A stretch of 64,000 bases of DNA, taken from the IMG/VR virus record IMGVR_UViG_3300047359_001782, positions 23,402-87,401 of that record; one strand, 5' to 3'. This DNA comes from a virus. Lineage: Duplodnaviria > Caudoviricetes. The notes under the pieces are model-generated. The model worked only from the letters and a program-made list of their open reading frames with translations, was not told the origin of the DNA and did no database searches. Shown here in pieces: positions 47,752-56,607 of the stretch. Numbering within the stretch: position 1 is the first letter of the stretch; every line of letters starts with the position of its first letter. The position numbers were made by a program, and so were the translations under genes.

Positions 47752-48421
47752 GAATTTAATATATAATACAACAACTGGAGGTAAGGATGGTGAAAATCCT
47801 AAATTAAAGTTGAGCCCGTCTTCTTTTTTCCATAAAACAAAAACAGGCAGGGAGACAATAGCTTATGATCAAAATGATAGAGCGTATCTTCAGTACACAT
47901 TTCCTTCATTAAGCAGAGAAGGTTGGTTGTTTGACACTTGGATGTTTTCTTTTGATCGAGCTCGCCAACAAAGTTTGTCGTATGCAGACGAGGGTTTGTT
48001 GTTACTGCCTTCTTTTCCTGCAAACTCTATCACTGTAGATTATTCTAATAGGTGGGTGTATAGTTTGTTTTTTAAGACTTGGGTTTTTATAGGAAGCGTT
48101 TCAAATTTAGGTATGTATGTATATATACCTCATAAATTTGATGATTACCCTCTGGGTTACTGTTGGTTTGGTCGAAAGTTTATTTTTTCTAAAAGCACTG
48201 ATATTATATGGCAAGGCTTGCTTGAAAATATGACAGATTCTTCTATTGAGAAAATATTTTCAGAAAAAGCTGATTTTTCTGACGGACAATGCATTATTTT
48301 TTTTAGCGAAAGGTTTTCTGGTTGGGGCTCAATGATTATCAATAGCAATAAGAAACATTTGGTGTCTAGTCGTATAACCGGAACTATGGATTACAAATTC
48401 TTGCAACACTCTAATCTTTAA
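47744..48421 (+). CDS. Trp/aromatic-rich tail-associated protein
   Basis: GWLFDTW, RWVYSLFFKTWVF and GYCWF resemble the W-rich insert in the gpJ-like protein. Confidence 0.55.
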   Translation: MSENLIYNTTTGGKDGENPKLKLSPSSFFHKTKTGRETIAYDQNDRAYLQYTFPSLSREGWLFDTWMFSFDRARQQSLSYADEGLLLLPSFPANSITVDYSNRWVYSLFFKTWVFIGSVSNLGMYVYIPHKFDDYPLGYCWFGRKFIFSKSTDIIWQGLLENMTDSSIEKIFSEKADFSDGQCIIFFSERFSGWGSMIINSNKKHLVSSRITGTMDYKFLQHSNL

Positions 48422-48425
48422 TTTT

Positions 48426-49694
48426 ATGCCTGAACAAAGAGAATCTGAAGGAACCGAATTCCCTTTTGAGAGAGCTCCTTCTTCGTTTATGGAAGGTTTT
48501 ACTAGTGATTTTAATTTAATAGTTGGAAGCGAAAATGTTCAAATGATGTCGTGCGAAGGGTGTTCTGCTGTGAATGCGATAAATTTACCTATGTTTAATA
48601 ATGTTAATTCTCATATTCTTGGAGGGTCTAGAAGTGTTTCGGTGAATACTCCCAAAAAAAATGGAGATGTTGTATGGCAATTTACTAATGAAGATGTTGG
48701 GTACTCAATGGAGAATAAAACTGATTATGTCTTTGATCAAGGAGATTATTATCAAATATATTGGGGTGAAAAAATAACTCTTTATTTCCCTACTTATCAA
48801 CAAAAATATTTTAATTTCTTTATGAGGTATGTTAATCTGTCTAGACTAGATGGCAAAATTACTATTAAAGGAATTTCGATTGAAAATCACACCACAAGAG
48901 AAATAAACGTTTTTAGGATTCCTAGTTCATCGAGTTCTAGCTCCTGGGATGTATTAAGCGTATTTTTTTGTTCTGTAGATGAATTCTTGATGATAGAAAT
49001 AGAATCTGCTCCCTTGGACGTTAGCACTGGTGAATCTTTATATGTACAGAAATATAGCAAGTATACAATGCAGTCTGGTCAAAATTTTACACTTGCTCAA
49101 ACGTCCGAAGAAGAATATTATCTTAGTGATGAAGATGGGAATGATGTAGGTATAGACTGGTTGGGTGGGGGAGACACTAATACTAATTTACTAAATATTC
49201 TTTACTCTAATTTAGAAAATCTTTCTTTTCAAGAGGGGGATGAAATTAATGTTCCTTCTTGGAGCGTTTTTTCTTTTAACAGTATTAATAATCCATATTA
49301 CCAACGATTGGGGGCAACACCAGCATTAATTAATGATGATCAATCTATGTTTTTTTGTGATAACGGTTTGTTTGTCGAGGGAGATGTTAACGCTTTTTAT
49401 TCTTCAGACGCATTACTTAAGAAGGATAAAAAAACTTTAAACTTAAAATTGTCTGATATATTATCAATTGAGCCCACCTGTTTTGAGTGGAGGGATAACC
49501 AGAAGGCTTATGTTGGTCAAGATATAGGTTTTATAGCGCAGGATTTGGAAAGGGTTTGTCCGTTATTAGTTGTTCAAAGAAATGACGGTTATAAGGCAGT
49601 GGATTATAAAAAAACATGCGTTATGTCTGTGCATGGTGTAAAAATGGTTAATGAGTGCATTCAAAGAATTAAAGGGAAAATTCGAAATTTATGA
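48426..49694 (+). CDS. Fibre protein with C-terminal peptidase S74 intramolecular chaperone
   Basis: GDVNAFYSSDALLKKD..FEW..DIGFIAQDLE..P..V..DGYKAVDY. Confidence 0.85.
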   Translation: MPEQRESEGTEFPFERAPSSFMEGFTSDFNLIVGSENVQMMSCEGCSAVNAINLPMFNNVNSHILGGSRSVSVNTPKKNGDVVWQFTNEDVGYSMENKTDYVFDQGDYYQIYWGEKITLYFPTYQQKYFNFFMRYVNLSRLDGKITIKGISIENHTTREINVFRIPSSSSSSSWDVLSVFFCSVDEFLMIEIESAPLDVSTGESLYVQKYSKYTMQSGQNFTLAQTSEEEYYLSDEDGNDVGIDWLGGGDTNTNLLNILYSNLENLSFQEGDEINVPSWSVFSFNSINNPYYQRLGATPALINDDQSMFFCDNGLFVEGDVNAFYSSDALLKKDKKTLNLKLSDILSIEPTCFEWRDNQKAYVGQDIGFIAQDLERVCPLLVVQRNDGYKAVDYKKTCVMSVHGVKMVNECIQRIKGKIRNL

Positions 49695-50203
49695 GTAAAA
49701 ATAATTCTATTTTAAATGGCTACAATAATCAAATTAATAAAAGTGATAATTGTATGGTTATTAATGGCTCTAATAATGTAATATCTCAAAAACAAAATGT
49801 AACTATTATTGGAGATGATATAAATGCAGATTTAGATAATGCATTTTATGTTGGATGTTCAAATGGTATGCACTGTAGTGGTGATATAGTTGCTTTCTCT
49901 GCGTCCGATAAAAGACTAAAAAAAGATATTAAGCAAATTAATGATTGCTTATCTAAAGTTTTATCTCTTGACGCTATAGAGTTTACATGGGATTCTACTC
50001 TTTGCGCTAAAAGTGGAAGGGATATAGGTTTAATAGCCCAGCAGGTTGAGAAAATAGCTCCAGAAATAGTCGAGACCAGGAAAAATGGTTACAAGGCAAT
50101 TAAATATGAGAAAATTAATGTTTTATTAATTGGAGCAATAAAAGAGCAGCAAAAAATTATTGAGGATCTAGAAAAAGAGGTTGATAATTTTATTAAGAGT
50201 TGA
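49691..50203 (+). CDS. Short beta-helix protein with peptidase S74 chaperone
   Basis: SILNGYNN/VINGSNN repeats, then GDIVAFSASDKRLKKDI..DIGLIAQQVE..NGYKAIKYEK. Confidence 0.88.
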   Translation: MSKNNSILNGYNNQINKSDNCMVINGSNNVISQKQNVTIIGDDINADLDNAFYVGCSNGMHCSGDIVAFSASDKRLKKDIKQINDCLSKVLSLDAIEFTWDSTLCAKSGRDIGLIAQQVEKIAPEIVETRKNGYKAIKYEKINVLLIGAIKEQQKIIEDLEKEVDNFIKS

Positions 50204-51020
50204 TTAGTTTCATCAATATTCTTGAGTCTGTAGGCTCTATATCTTCATAACTATTCCAGTTTTTTGCATTCTCGTTTTGATATTTTCCAGACTTCCACCA
50301 ATCTCTTAAAATTACTTTAAATTCTTCAAAATTAGAACAGTTTAGCTTTTCTTTTGCTAGAGACTCTACCATTGAATATGGTGTGAGTGACGGAGATTGG
50401 TTTATGCTGTTTTGAGGTAAACTGTTAGATTTATCTATTTCGTCATCTCCAACAATATGTACATTAAGAAAATTTCTTACACATCTAACAAATGCTCTGT
50501 TACATGCAATTGTTTCTAGAAACTTAGTAGCAAAACTACTTGTGTTATTCAGTGTAGCATTTGCCATATCTTGGAACGTGACAGCTTTACTACCTGTTTC
50601 ATAGTTAGGTAAGAAGGTTACCTTACAAATTACGGCAACATGATCTGGTTGGCACTTGACAACTTCGTAGGAAACATCTGAGAAACCCCTTAGTTTTGCT
50701 AATTCTTTTATTCCTGATAATTTAATTAATAGTTGGTGATCTTTTAACCCGTCGATAGTTCTTGGTATATCTTTTTTGCGTAGATCAAACCATGATTTAT
50801 TTGGGAATAAATGCTCGTCCTTAATCATAGATCTCCAATTAACCGATCCATCTTCATCAAATTCGTACCCTACTTCGTTTAATAACCCGAATTCATTCCT
50901 GCAAAAGCGACCTGGGCCGTTTAGGTATTTTTTTGGTATAGATTTTTTAATTGATTTATTTGATGTGTCGGATTCGTATGTAATTGAATTATCTGCTGCT
51001 GTTACTGTTTTTGGTGACAT
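50193..51020 (-). CDS. Rad52/Sak-like single-strand annealing protein (putative)
   Basis: LIKLSGIKELA..AVICKVTF..ANA..FLETIACNRAFVRCVRNFLNV..DEI resembles the Rad52-superfamily core. Confidence 0.5.
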   Translation of the reverse strand: MSPKTVTAADNSITYESDTSNKSIKKSIPKKYLNGPGRFCRNEFGLLNEVGYEFDEDGSVNWRSMIKDEHLFPNKSWFDLRKKDIPRTIDGLKDHQLLIKLSGIKELAKLRGFSDVSYEVVKCQPDHVAVICKVTFLPNYETGSKAVTFQDMANATLNNTSSFATKFLETIACNRAFVRCVRNFLNVHIVGDDEIDKSNSLPQNSINQSPSLTPYSMVESLAKEKLNCSNFEEFKVILRDWWKSGKYQNENAKNWNSYEDIEPTDSRILMKLINS

Positions 51021-51021
51021 T

Positions 51022-52179
51022 TTATTTTTCGTTATAAAGTTTAAGATTAATTATTTCGTCCCAGAAATCTGGGTCATCAATGATCTCATCATGCCTTCCT
51101 GGGATATTATTTTTCCACGCAACCTTACTTGCGTATAATTGGTTATTAGAAGATATGATTTGAGAGCTTTTATAACGAGTATTATTGCATATTTTTTTAT
51201 AGTTGTCAATGTCTTTTTTTGTTTTTTCTTCTATAAAATTAATATCCCAATCGAAGAATTTTAATTTAATTTCGTCTATAGTATTTTCGTCTTTACATAT
51301 AAGTTTTAGTTTTATACCTAGTTTTTTTAAGTTTTTGAAGAAAGTTTCATTGTCGTCTGGTTTTACAAAATAATTGATTTGATGAATATTAGATTTTACT
51401 GTTTTGAGATATTCTATATTCATTGGCTGGTCTAGAAATATATTTACTTTTCTATTGTATGCCCACCTAGTTATATTTTGTTCGTCAAAATGTTCATGAC
51501 CTAAAATATTTGCGGGCTGATTTGGTGCAAAATTATTTGGCATTACGTGATTGGGGATAACGGCTAAAGAGCCTGCGTGATAAGCTTGCCCGATATGTAT
51601 TGTCTCTATATTGTTTAAATTATGTTCTATTCCCAACATATCTAATACTGCGCAGGCAATTTTTTCAGGCATGATTGAGTTTATTGTTTTGGGGTTCTCT
51701 TGGTCGGAAAAAGATGCTTTGTACTTATTTCTGTCGGGCTCAAATAATATACAATCATTAGAGTCGCTCCAGTATGGCCCACAGCATTCTTTGTATAATA
51801 CAGAATATAAGCTTACTATTTTTTTATTAAATCCAGATGCTACATGGGTACTAAATGAGTCTGTACCTAAGTGGAGCATGGAATTTTTGATTATGTACGC
51901 AGCTTGTTTTATAGTTGTTCTTCCTTGATAGTGTAGACAGTTGCTAATTTTAGGCTCTTCTTTGTTTCCTATTTGTACAACTTCAATACCGTTTTTTCTT
52001 AAAAATGGATATATGTAATCAATTACATCATTATAGTAATCATAGGTTTTTGACTGTATTCTGTGGCTTGCGTGAAGAGTAATATATTTTTCCGCCTCAA
52101 CGGGAAAGTAAGATGTCTCAATGAATGGTTTGTCTATTTTCACCCCACAGGATAGCGCGTATTGTTCTACTAAGTGCAT
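51022..52179 (-). CDS. GT9 (heptosyltransferase-like) C-terminal domain plus unknown domain
   Basis: MHLVEQYA..YITLH..KTY..VVQIG..GRTTIKQAAYII..LGTDSFSTHVASGFNKKIVSLY. Confidence 0.8.
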   Translation of the reverse strand: MHLVEQYALSCGVKIDKPFIETSYFPVEAEKYITLHASHRIQSKTYDYYNDVIDYIYPFLRKNGIEVVQIGNKEEPKISNCLHYQGRTTIKQAAYIIKNSMLHLGTDSFSTHVASGFNKKIVSLYSVLYKECCGPYWSDSNDCILFEPDRNKYKASFSDQENPKTINSIMPEKIACAVLDMLGIEHNLNNIETIHIGQAYHAGSLAVIPNHVMPNNFAPNQPANILGHEHFDEQNITRWAYNRKVNIFLDQPMNIEYLKTVKSNIHQINYFVKPDDNETFFKNLKKLGIKLKLICKDENTIDEIKLKFFDWDINFIEEKTKKDIDNYKKICNNTRYKSSQIISSNNQLYASKVAWKNNIPGRHDEIIDDPDFWDEIINLKLYNEK

Positions 52180-54071
52180 AAATCAAATTGTATTTTATCT
52201 TTTCCGTTATGTGTAAAGTTTATTATTCTCTGTGTCCCTAGGAAAGGAATGAAGACAATGTCAAAGTAACCTTTCATTTCTCCTTGCCCTTCCATCGCTG
52301 GTAGGTTGGCTAGTGAATCATGGTGAGGTATGCATTTATGAATGCACGGGTTTCCATCTAAGACTTCAAAATATTGTGGTTTTGTTGCGTAATAAATATT
52401 ATGCTTTGGGTATTGTTTTCTTATGTTTGGTAATAGGGATGTAGAAAGATATACATCTCCTATTCTTTCAGGCATAACAATAAGTAATCTATTTTCCTCT
52501 CCTTCGTCATCAAGTAACTCGGATAGTTCTACTTTTTTGTTTTCTTGATTTTCTTTCTCTGCAACACTCTTGAAATATTTTAATACGTCTTCTCTTGTTA
52601 AATCTGTATTTAATCTTTGCATCCAATGTTTGTACCCATCTTCTAATTCATTTGTTTCTACTTTTAAAATATTTTTATATAAATCAATTATCCAATCTGA
52701 GTCGTTATCTATATCTGGGGGGTTGTAGTTTGGATCTCTTTCTTCTATTTTAAAATCAAAATCCCAATCTACTTTCGGCATATCGTCAATGATGCTTTCT
52801 AATTTCTTTCCTATTACTTCTGTGCTATAATTATCTATAACAAACTTTCTGGCGTTTTTACCCATTAATTGCCTGTCTTTTTTAGACATATTTAAAACCT
52901 TAGTTAATTGACTTTCTATGCTTTTGGGGTCTGTGCTAGCTTTAATGAAGTGAGTCCCAGGCTCTCTGTACTCTGTCCAATCTAAAGGTAAACTGCTGGC
53001 TTGCTTAACACAGCAGTCTTCTCCGCAACTATAGTTGGTTATTAATGTGATAAGTTCTGTTAGTTTAGCTTCTTGAATTGGAATCTCTTGCCCTCCGCTT
53101 GTAAATGGGTGACAATATACATCCATTAAATTGTATATTTCATTTAATTGCTCTTCATCAACTCCAAATTTAGTACTTGTTGTAGTCTGAGATTTTTCGC
53201 TGCCGCAAAATGAACAATTTTGATTTTCTCCTTCGAATGGTTTGACTTCGTATTCACCGCAGTTTTTGCAAAAATAAGTTGTTAAAACTTTACTAGGTTC
53301 AATGTTTTTTTCTTTTATTAATCTTGTTATATCCCAGCCTTCTCCCCAGTGAGTATGAAGTAATAACTTTGCATTTGTTTTCGGGTTTTTTTCGCAAAAA
53401 ATTTTAAATCCCTCTAGCAAGTTTGGTACGCTCTTTCTTAATTGATTCCTGAAAACAAAACCTATAATAAAGTCAGAGTCTTCAATAGAGAACTTTTCTC
53501 TTAGAGCTTTTCTCTTTTTATTTTTTAATTTAAAAAAATTAGATGTGTCTACCGCGCCTCTTAATGTTTTTACGTGACTCTGTCCAATTTCATTTAAAGA
53601 TTTTTGCGCGAAACTTGCCCATGTGTAGTAATTTTTAATTTTTGGCGCAGCTCGAACGGCGTCAGGAAGTATTGGTAAACTATCTAATGTAGTCCACACC
53701 ATACAGTTTATTTTATTCCACCATTTTTTTTCTGTATATCCGGTAAATGCCCATATATCTTCGATCCCTATATAGACATCAGGTTTTTCTGATTCAATTA
53801 TTTTATCTATCATCTCTGCTCCGTACCCCGCGCTCCTTGCTAATTGAGGATCTTTATTTAACTTCGAAAGTAGTGCAGGGTTGTTTGGTAATGAACCTTC
53901 CGCTTTCCAGGGTAGAGATTTTAATGAGGGATCTCCCCATCTTATACCATTAGAAAATTCAACTATTTCATACTTTTTTGTTTTTTGTAAATATATGAGT
54001 ATGTTTTTTACATGCTTACCGAAACCTGTGAAAGCTTTGCAGTGATTGCTATGTATGAGAACTTTTTTCAT
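52170..54071 (-). CDS. Multidomain glycosyltransferase: GT4 + Zn ribbon + DUF4214-like + GT9 N-terminal domain
   Basis: TGFG, RNQLRK and IYNLMDVYCHPFTSGGQEIPIQEA (GT4); CKNC..CSFC; IIDLYKNIL..GYKHW..L..TREDV..F; ERIGDV..NPCI (GT9 N-terminus). Confidence 0.82.
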   Translation of the reverse strand: MKKVLIHSNHCKAFTGFGKHVKNILIYLQKTKKYEIVEFSNGIRWGDPSLKSLPWKAEGSLPNNPALLSKLNKDPQLARSAGYGAEMIDKIIESEKPDVYIGIEDIWAFTGYTEKKWWNKINCMVWTTLDSLPILPDAVRAAPKIKNYYTWASFAQKSLNEIGQSHVKTLRGAVDTSNFFKLKNKKRKALREKFSIEDSDFIIGFVFRNQLRKSVPNLLEGFKIFCEKNPKTNAKLLLHTHWGEGWDITRLIKEKNIEPSKVLTTYFCKNCGEYEVKPFEGENQNCSFCGSEKSQTTTSTKFGVDEEQLNEIYNLMDVYCHPFTSGGQEIPIQEAKLTELITLITNYSCGEDCCVKQASSLPLDWTEYREPGTHFIKASTDPKSIESQLTKVLNMSKKDRQLMGKNARKFVIDNYSTEVIGKKLESIIDDMPKVDWDFDFKIEERDPNYNPPDIDNDSDWIIDLYKNILKVETNELEDGYKHWMQRLNTDLTREDVLKYFKSVAEKENQENKKVELSELLDDEGEENRLLIVMPERIGDVYLSTSLLPNIRKQYPKHNIYYATKPQYFEVLDGNPCIHKCIPHHDSLANLPAMEGQGEMKGYFDIVFIPFLGTQRIINFTHNGKDKIQFDLCT

Positions 54072-54637
54072 TAAAACGGGGCATCTTCTGTGTCAGTATT
54101 TTTATTATTTTTATTTTTAGATTTGTACTTCTCCAGTTTAATCGCTTCTTCCTTTTTTCTGTGATCATAAAGACAGCTTAGGTAATACCTAAAGAACTCT
54201 AGTAAATTCTCTACTTCGCCAGGCTCTAATGGAATTCTGAATGTTTGAGATCCATTTCTTGTAAAAGTAATTCCAAAGGCTGGCAAAGTAACCCATTCCT
54301 CTTTGTCTCCATTTTTAATTTTAGTTTTTTTATCCCAAGGGACACACTTGATTGAGGTTTTATTTTCCTCAAAACTATGATACGCAGAGAATTCATTTCT
54401 GTTTTTGAATGAGCTCATGATTCCACCGATTTCAAATTCCGTAAATTTTAAGTTAATTTTTTTATCTGGATCTCCAGAGTTGCCTGAGAAATTTGCCGTT
54501 TTAGATGAATCATTCCAGCTAAATTGCTGGATAGCATTCACGTATATTACAGGTTCTTTGTTTTTATTATTTCCTATTGAAAAATTAAAGGCGCAGCCTG
54601 TATTCTTACTGTTTGGTTTATATAGGGATATTGACAT
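54071..54637 (-). CDS. Whirly/PC4-like ssDNA-binding protein with SSB-type acidic tail
   Basis: ISLYK..KINLKFTEFEIGGIM..FSAYH..FRIPLEPGE; ends DTEDAPF. Confidence 0.5.
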   Translation of the reverse strand: MSISLYKPNSKNTGCAFNFSIGNNKNKEPVIYVNAIQQFSWNDSSKTANFSGNSGDPDKKINLKFTEFEIGGIMSSFKNRNEFSAYHSFEENKTSIKCVPWDKKTKIKNGDKEEWVTLPAFGITFTRNGSQTFRIPLEPGEVENLLEFFRYYLSCLYDHRKKEEAIKLEKYKSKNKNNKNTDTEDAPF

Positions 54638-54646
54638 AACTGAATG

Positions 54647-54674
54647 ATTATATGTGAATTACCTTAAACTTCAA
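54647..54674 (-). promoter_or_regulatory. Sigma70-type promoter
   Basis: TTGAAG-16 nt-TATAAT, ATG 9 nt downstream. Confidence 0.55.
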
Positions 54675-54680
54675 AATAAA

Positions 54681-54995
54681 TTAGGTTTTTCCTCTTATCA
54701 TTAATTCTCCTTTAGGTAAAACTAGAGTTCTTAGTACTGTAGCTGTATTATTGCAAGTTTTTATTCTCTGTACGTGCCCTGCTTTGTTGAGACGCGATAA
54801 GCTTGCGGATATCTTGCCGTAAGACATGCCTCCTAAATCTTGACCTATTTTCTTGTTCGATAAATATATAGCCTTTCCATGTGAGCCCTTGGACACAAGG
54901 TAATTATAGACAAGGAGGTCGTTACTAATCAATTTTCCATTTATTATGTCTAAATGAATCTCGAATGGAATCTGCGTAAATTTATTCAATACCAT
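54681..54995 (-). CDS. Winged-HTH protein, replication-initiator N-terminal-like
   Basis: FTQIP..DLLVY.YL..YLSNKKIGQDLGGMS..ISASLSRL..GHV; adjacent to iteron-like repeats. Confidence 0.7.
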   Translation of the reverse strand: MVLNKFTQIPFEIHLDIINGKLISNDLLVYNYLVSKGSHGKAIYLSNKKIGQDLGGMSYGKISASLSRLNKAGHVQRIKTCNNTATVLRTLVLPKGELMIRGKT

Positions 54996-55026
54996 AGATT
55001 ACCATAAGTGATTATTAAGGTCAAGC

Positions 55027-55124
55027 ACATTCAAAAAATTGAACGTCGGACATTCGAAAAATTGAACGTTGTTAATATATAAGATATTCATATATAATTT
55101 ATTAATAATATATAAATATAAGAA
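55027..55124. repeat. Two 20-bp quasi-palindromic direct repeats plus AT-rich tract (candidate origin/operator)
   Basis: ACATTCAAAAAATTGAACGT (55027-55046) and ACATTCGAAAAATTGAACGT (55050-55069), followed by about 55 nt of almost pure A/T, between divergent promoters. Confidence 0.75.
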
Positions 55125-55153
55125 TTGACATTTAGTTTAAAAGATGGTATAGT
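55125..55153 (+). promoter_or_regulatory. Sigma70-type promoter, leaderless
   Basis: TTGACA-17 nt-TATAGT with extended TG; ATG at 55161. Confidence 0.82.
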
Positions 55154-55160
55154 TTTAATT

Positions 55161-55457
55161 ATGAAGTTTTTAGACTTAAGTGAAGGCAGGTTTTATTTAG
55201 TAAGATGCTCTGATTGGGCTAATGTAATTCAAGCAGAAGACGAAACGCAGGCCTGCGTCGAGTCTCTAGTAGAAATGCTAGAGAGGAAGGGTAGGGATTT
55301 AAAACTGTCATCAGTAATGATAACTCAGAGATTAGGAAGTGATATTATGAGTGAAGATTACGATGAAGAAGTATGTTACCATTCGGTTTCAACTATGTTG
55401 GCGAACGCAGGTCAACACGAACTATCCTCTAACCTGAAATCTATTTTCGGAGCATGA
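55161..55457 (+). CDS. Hypothetical protein
   Basis: Start corrected to MKFLD; the TTG start in the ORF track is the -35 box. Confidence 0.65.
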   Translation: MKFLDLSEGRFYLVRCSDWANVIQAEDETQACVESLVEMLERKGRDLKLSSVMITQRLGSDIMSEDYDEEVCYHSVSTMLANAGQHELSSNLKSIFGA

Positions 55458-56008
55458 GTGGAAAACTTATAGGGCTTTGCGGCTTAGCTAGGTGCGGAAA
55501 AGATAGTTTTTTCGAAGTATCCGAGAGTATTTTAAGTAAACAAGGTATAGATGTTAAGAGGTATGCATTTGCAGACTCCCTAAAGCAAGAGTGTGATGAA
55601 TTATTAAATAAATATGTAGGTATCTCAGCATTCACAGAGAAATCTTCAGAAAAAGAAATAATACGACCTCTGCTAGTTACGTACGGAACACATATAAGGC
55701 GAAAACTAAACCAGAACTGCTGGATAGATAAAATAAATAATGATGTATTAAAAAGTATATCTAACAATAAAATTGTTTTTGTCACAGACGTAAGGTTTGA
55801 GAATGAAATTAACTGGATACATAGTCTGAAAGGCGAAAGTATACATATAACTAGGGAAGGTAATTCAGCACCCAATAAAGAAGAATTAAAAAATGACCCG
55901 ATCCTTAAGGAAAAATCAACACAAAACATATATTGGAAAAACTTTGATTCAATAAAATCAAAAGATATATCGAATATAGTCAACAATATCTTACTATCTA
56001 TTCTATGA
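55454..56008 (+). CDS. Deoxynucleoside monophosphate kinase
   Basis: IGLCGLARCGKD, AFADSLK, RPLL..G..R..W and TDVRFENE. Confidence 0.85.
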   Translation: MSGKLIGLCGLARCGKDSFFEVSESILSKQGIDVKRYAFADSLKQECDELLNKYVGISAFTEKSSEKEIIRPLLVTYGTHIRRKLNQNCWIDKINNDVLKSISNNKIVFVTDVRFENEINWIHSLKGESIHITREGNSAPNKEELKNDPILKEKSTQNIYWKNFDSIKSKDISNIVNNILLSIL

Positions 56009-56607
56009 TCACTGAATATACAGACCTAGAATTAATAAGTAACCTTAAGAATAATGTAGACGAACAGAATAGTCTAAAGATGTTAGTCGACAGGCATAGT
56101 GGAATATACCTAGATATGGTAAACTCATATTCGAGTCCAGATAATCCCTATATAGACTATCATGAGTTAATACGAGATAAGGAATATAAAATATATGACG
56201 CTGCATTAAAATTCGACGAAACAAGAGGGGCTAAATTCAGCACTTACTTAGGCAATGAAACGAAATGGATGTGCCTAAATACATACAATAGAAACAAAAG
56301 AAGACCTATGTTTAACAGCGAATACATAGAAAATATGAAAAAAGATAACGATATAGAAATAGAATGCGACACAATATCAGAGAGTATACGTAACGATTTA
56401 TTCGGGAAAGTTTTAAGTGCCATAGAAAAGCATCCAGACGAAAGGGTTGAAAAAATATTCAAAATGAGGTACATAGTCGGAAGAAAAAATAAAGTAATGC
56501 CTTGGAAGCAAATTGGAGACAGTATGAATTTAAGTATACAAGGATGCATAAATATACATAATTCAGCAATAGAAACATTTAAAAACGAATTAAAACAAGA
56601 TATATGA
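56005..56607 (+). CDS. Phage sigma70-family sigma factor (regions 2 and 4)
   Basis: L..RH.G, AALKFDETRGAKFSTY (region 2.3) and IFKMRY..WKQIGDSMNLS.Q (region 4 HTH). Confidence 0.85.
   Translation: MITEYTDLELISNLKNNVDEQNSLKMLVDRHSGIYLDMVNSYSSPDNPYIDYHELIRDKEYKIYDAALKFDETRGAKFSTYLGNETKWMCLNTYNRNKRRPMFNSEYIENMKKDNDIEIECDTISESIRNDLFGKVLSAIEKHPDERVEKIFKMRYIVGRKNKVMPWKQIGDSMNLSIQGCINIHNSAIETFKNELKQDI

Noticed and set aside
41638-50203. Diversity-generating retroelement or invertase shufflon acting on fibres
   Set aside because: No reverse transcriptase or recombinase in the window, and no template/variable repeat pair or inverted crossover sites were seen by eye.
55027-55069. Possible mini-CRISPR or terminator
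   Set aside because: Only two copies with a 3-nt gap, AT-rich stems, and located between divergent rather than convergent genes.
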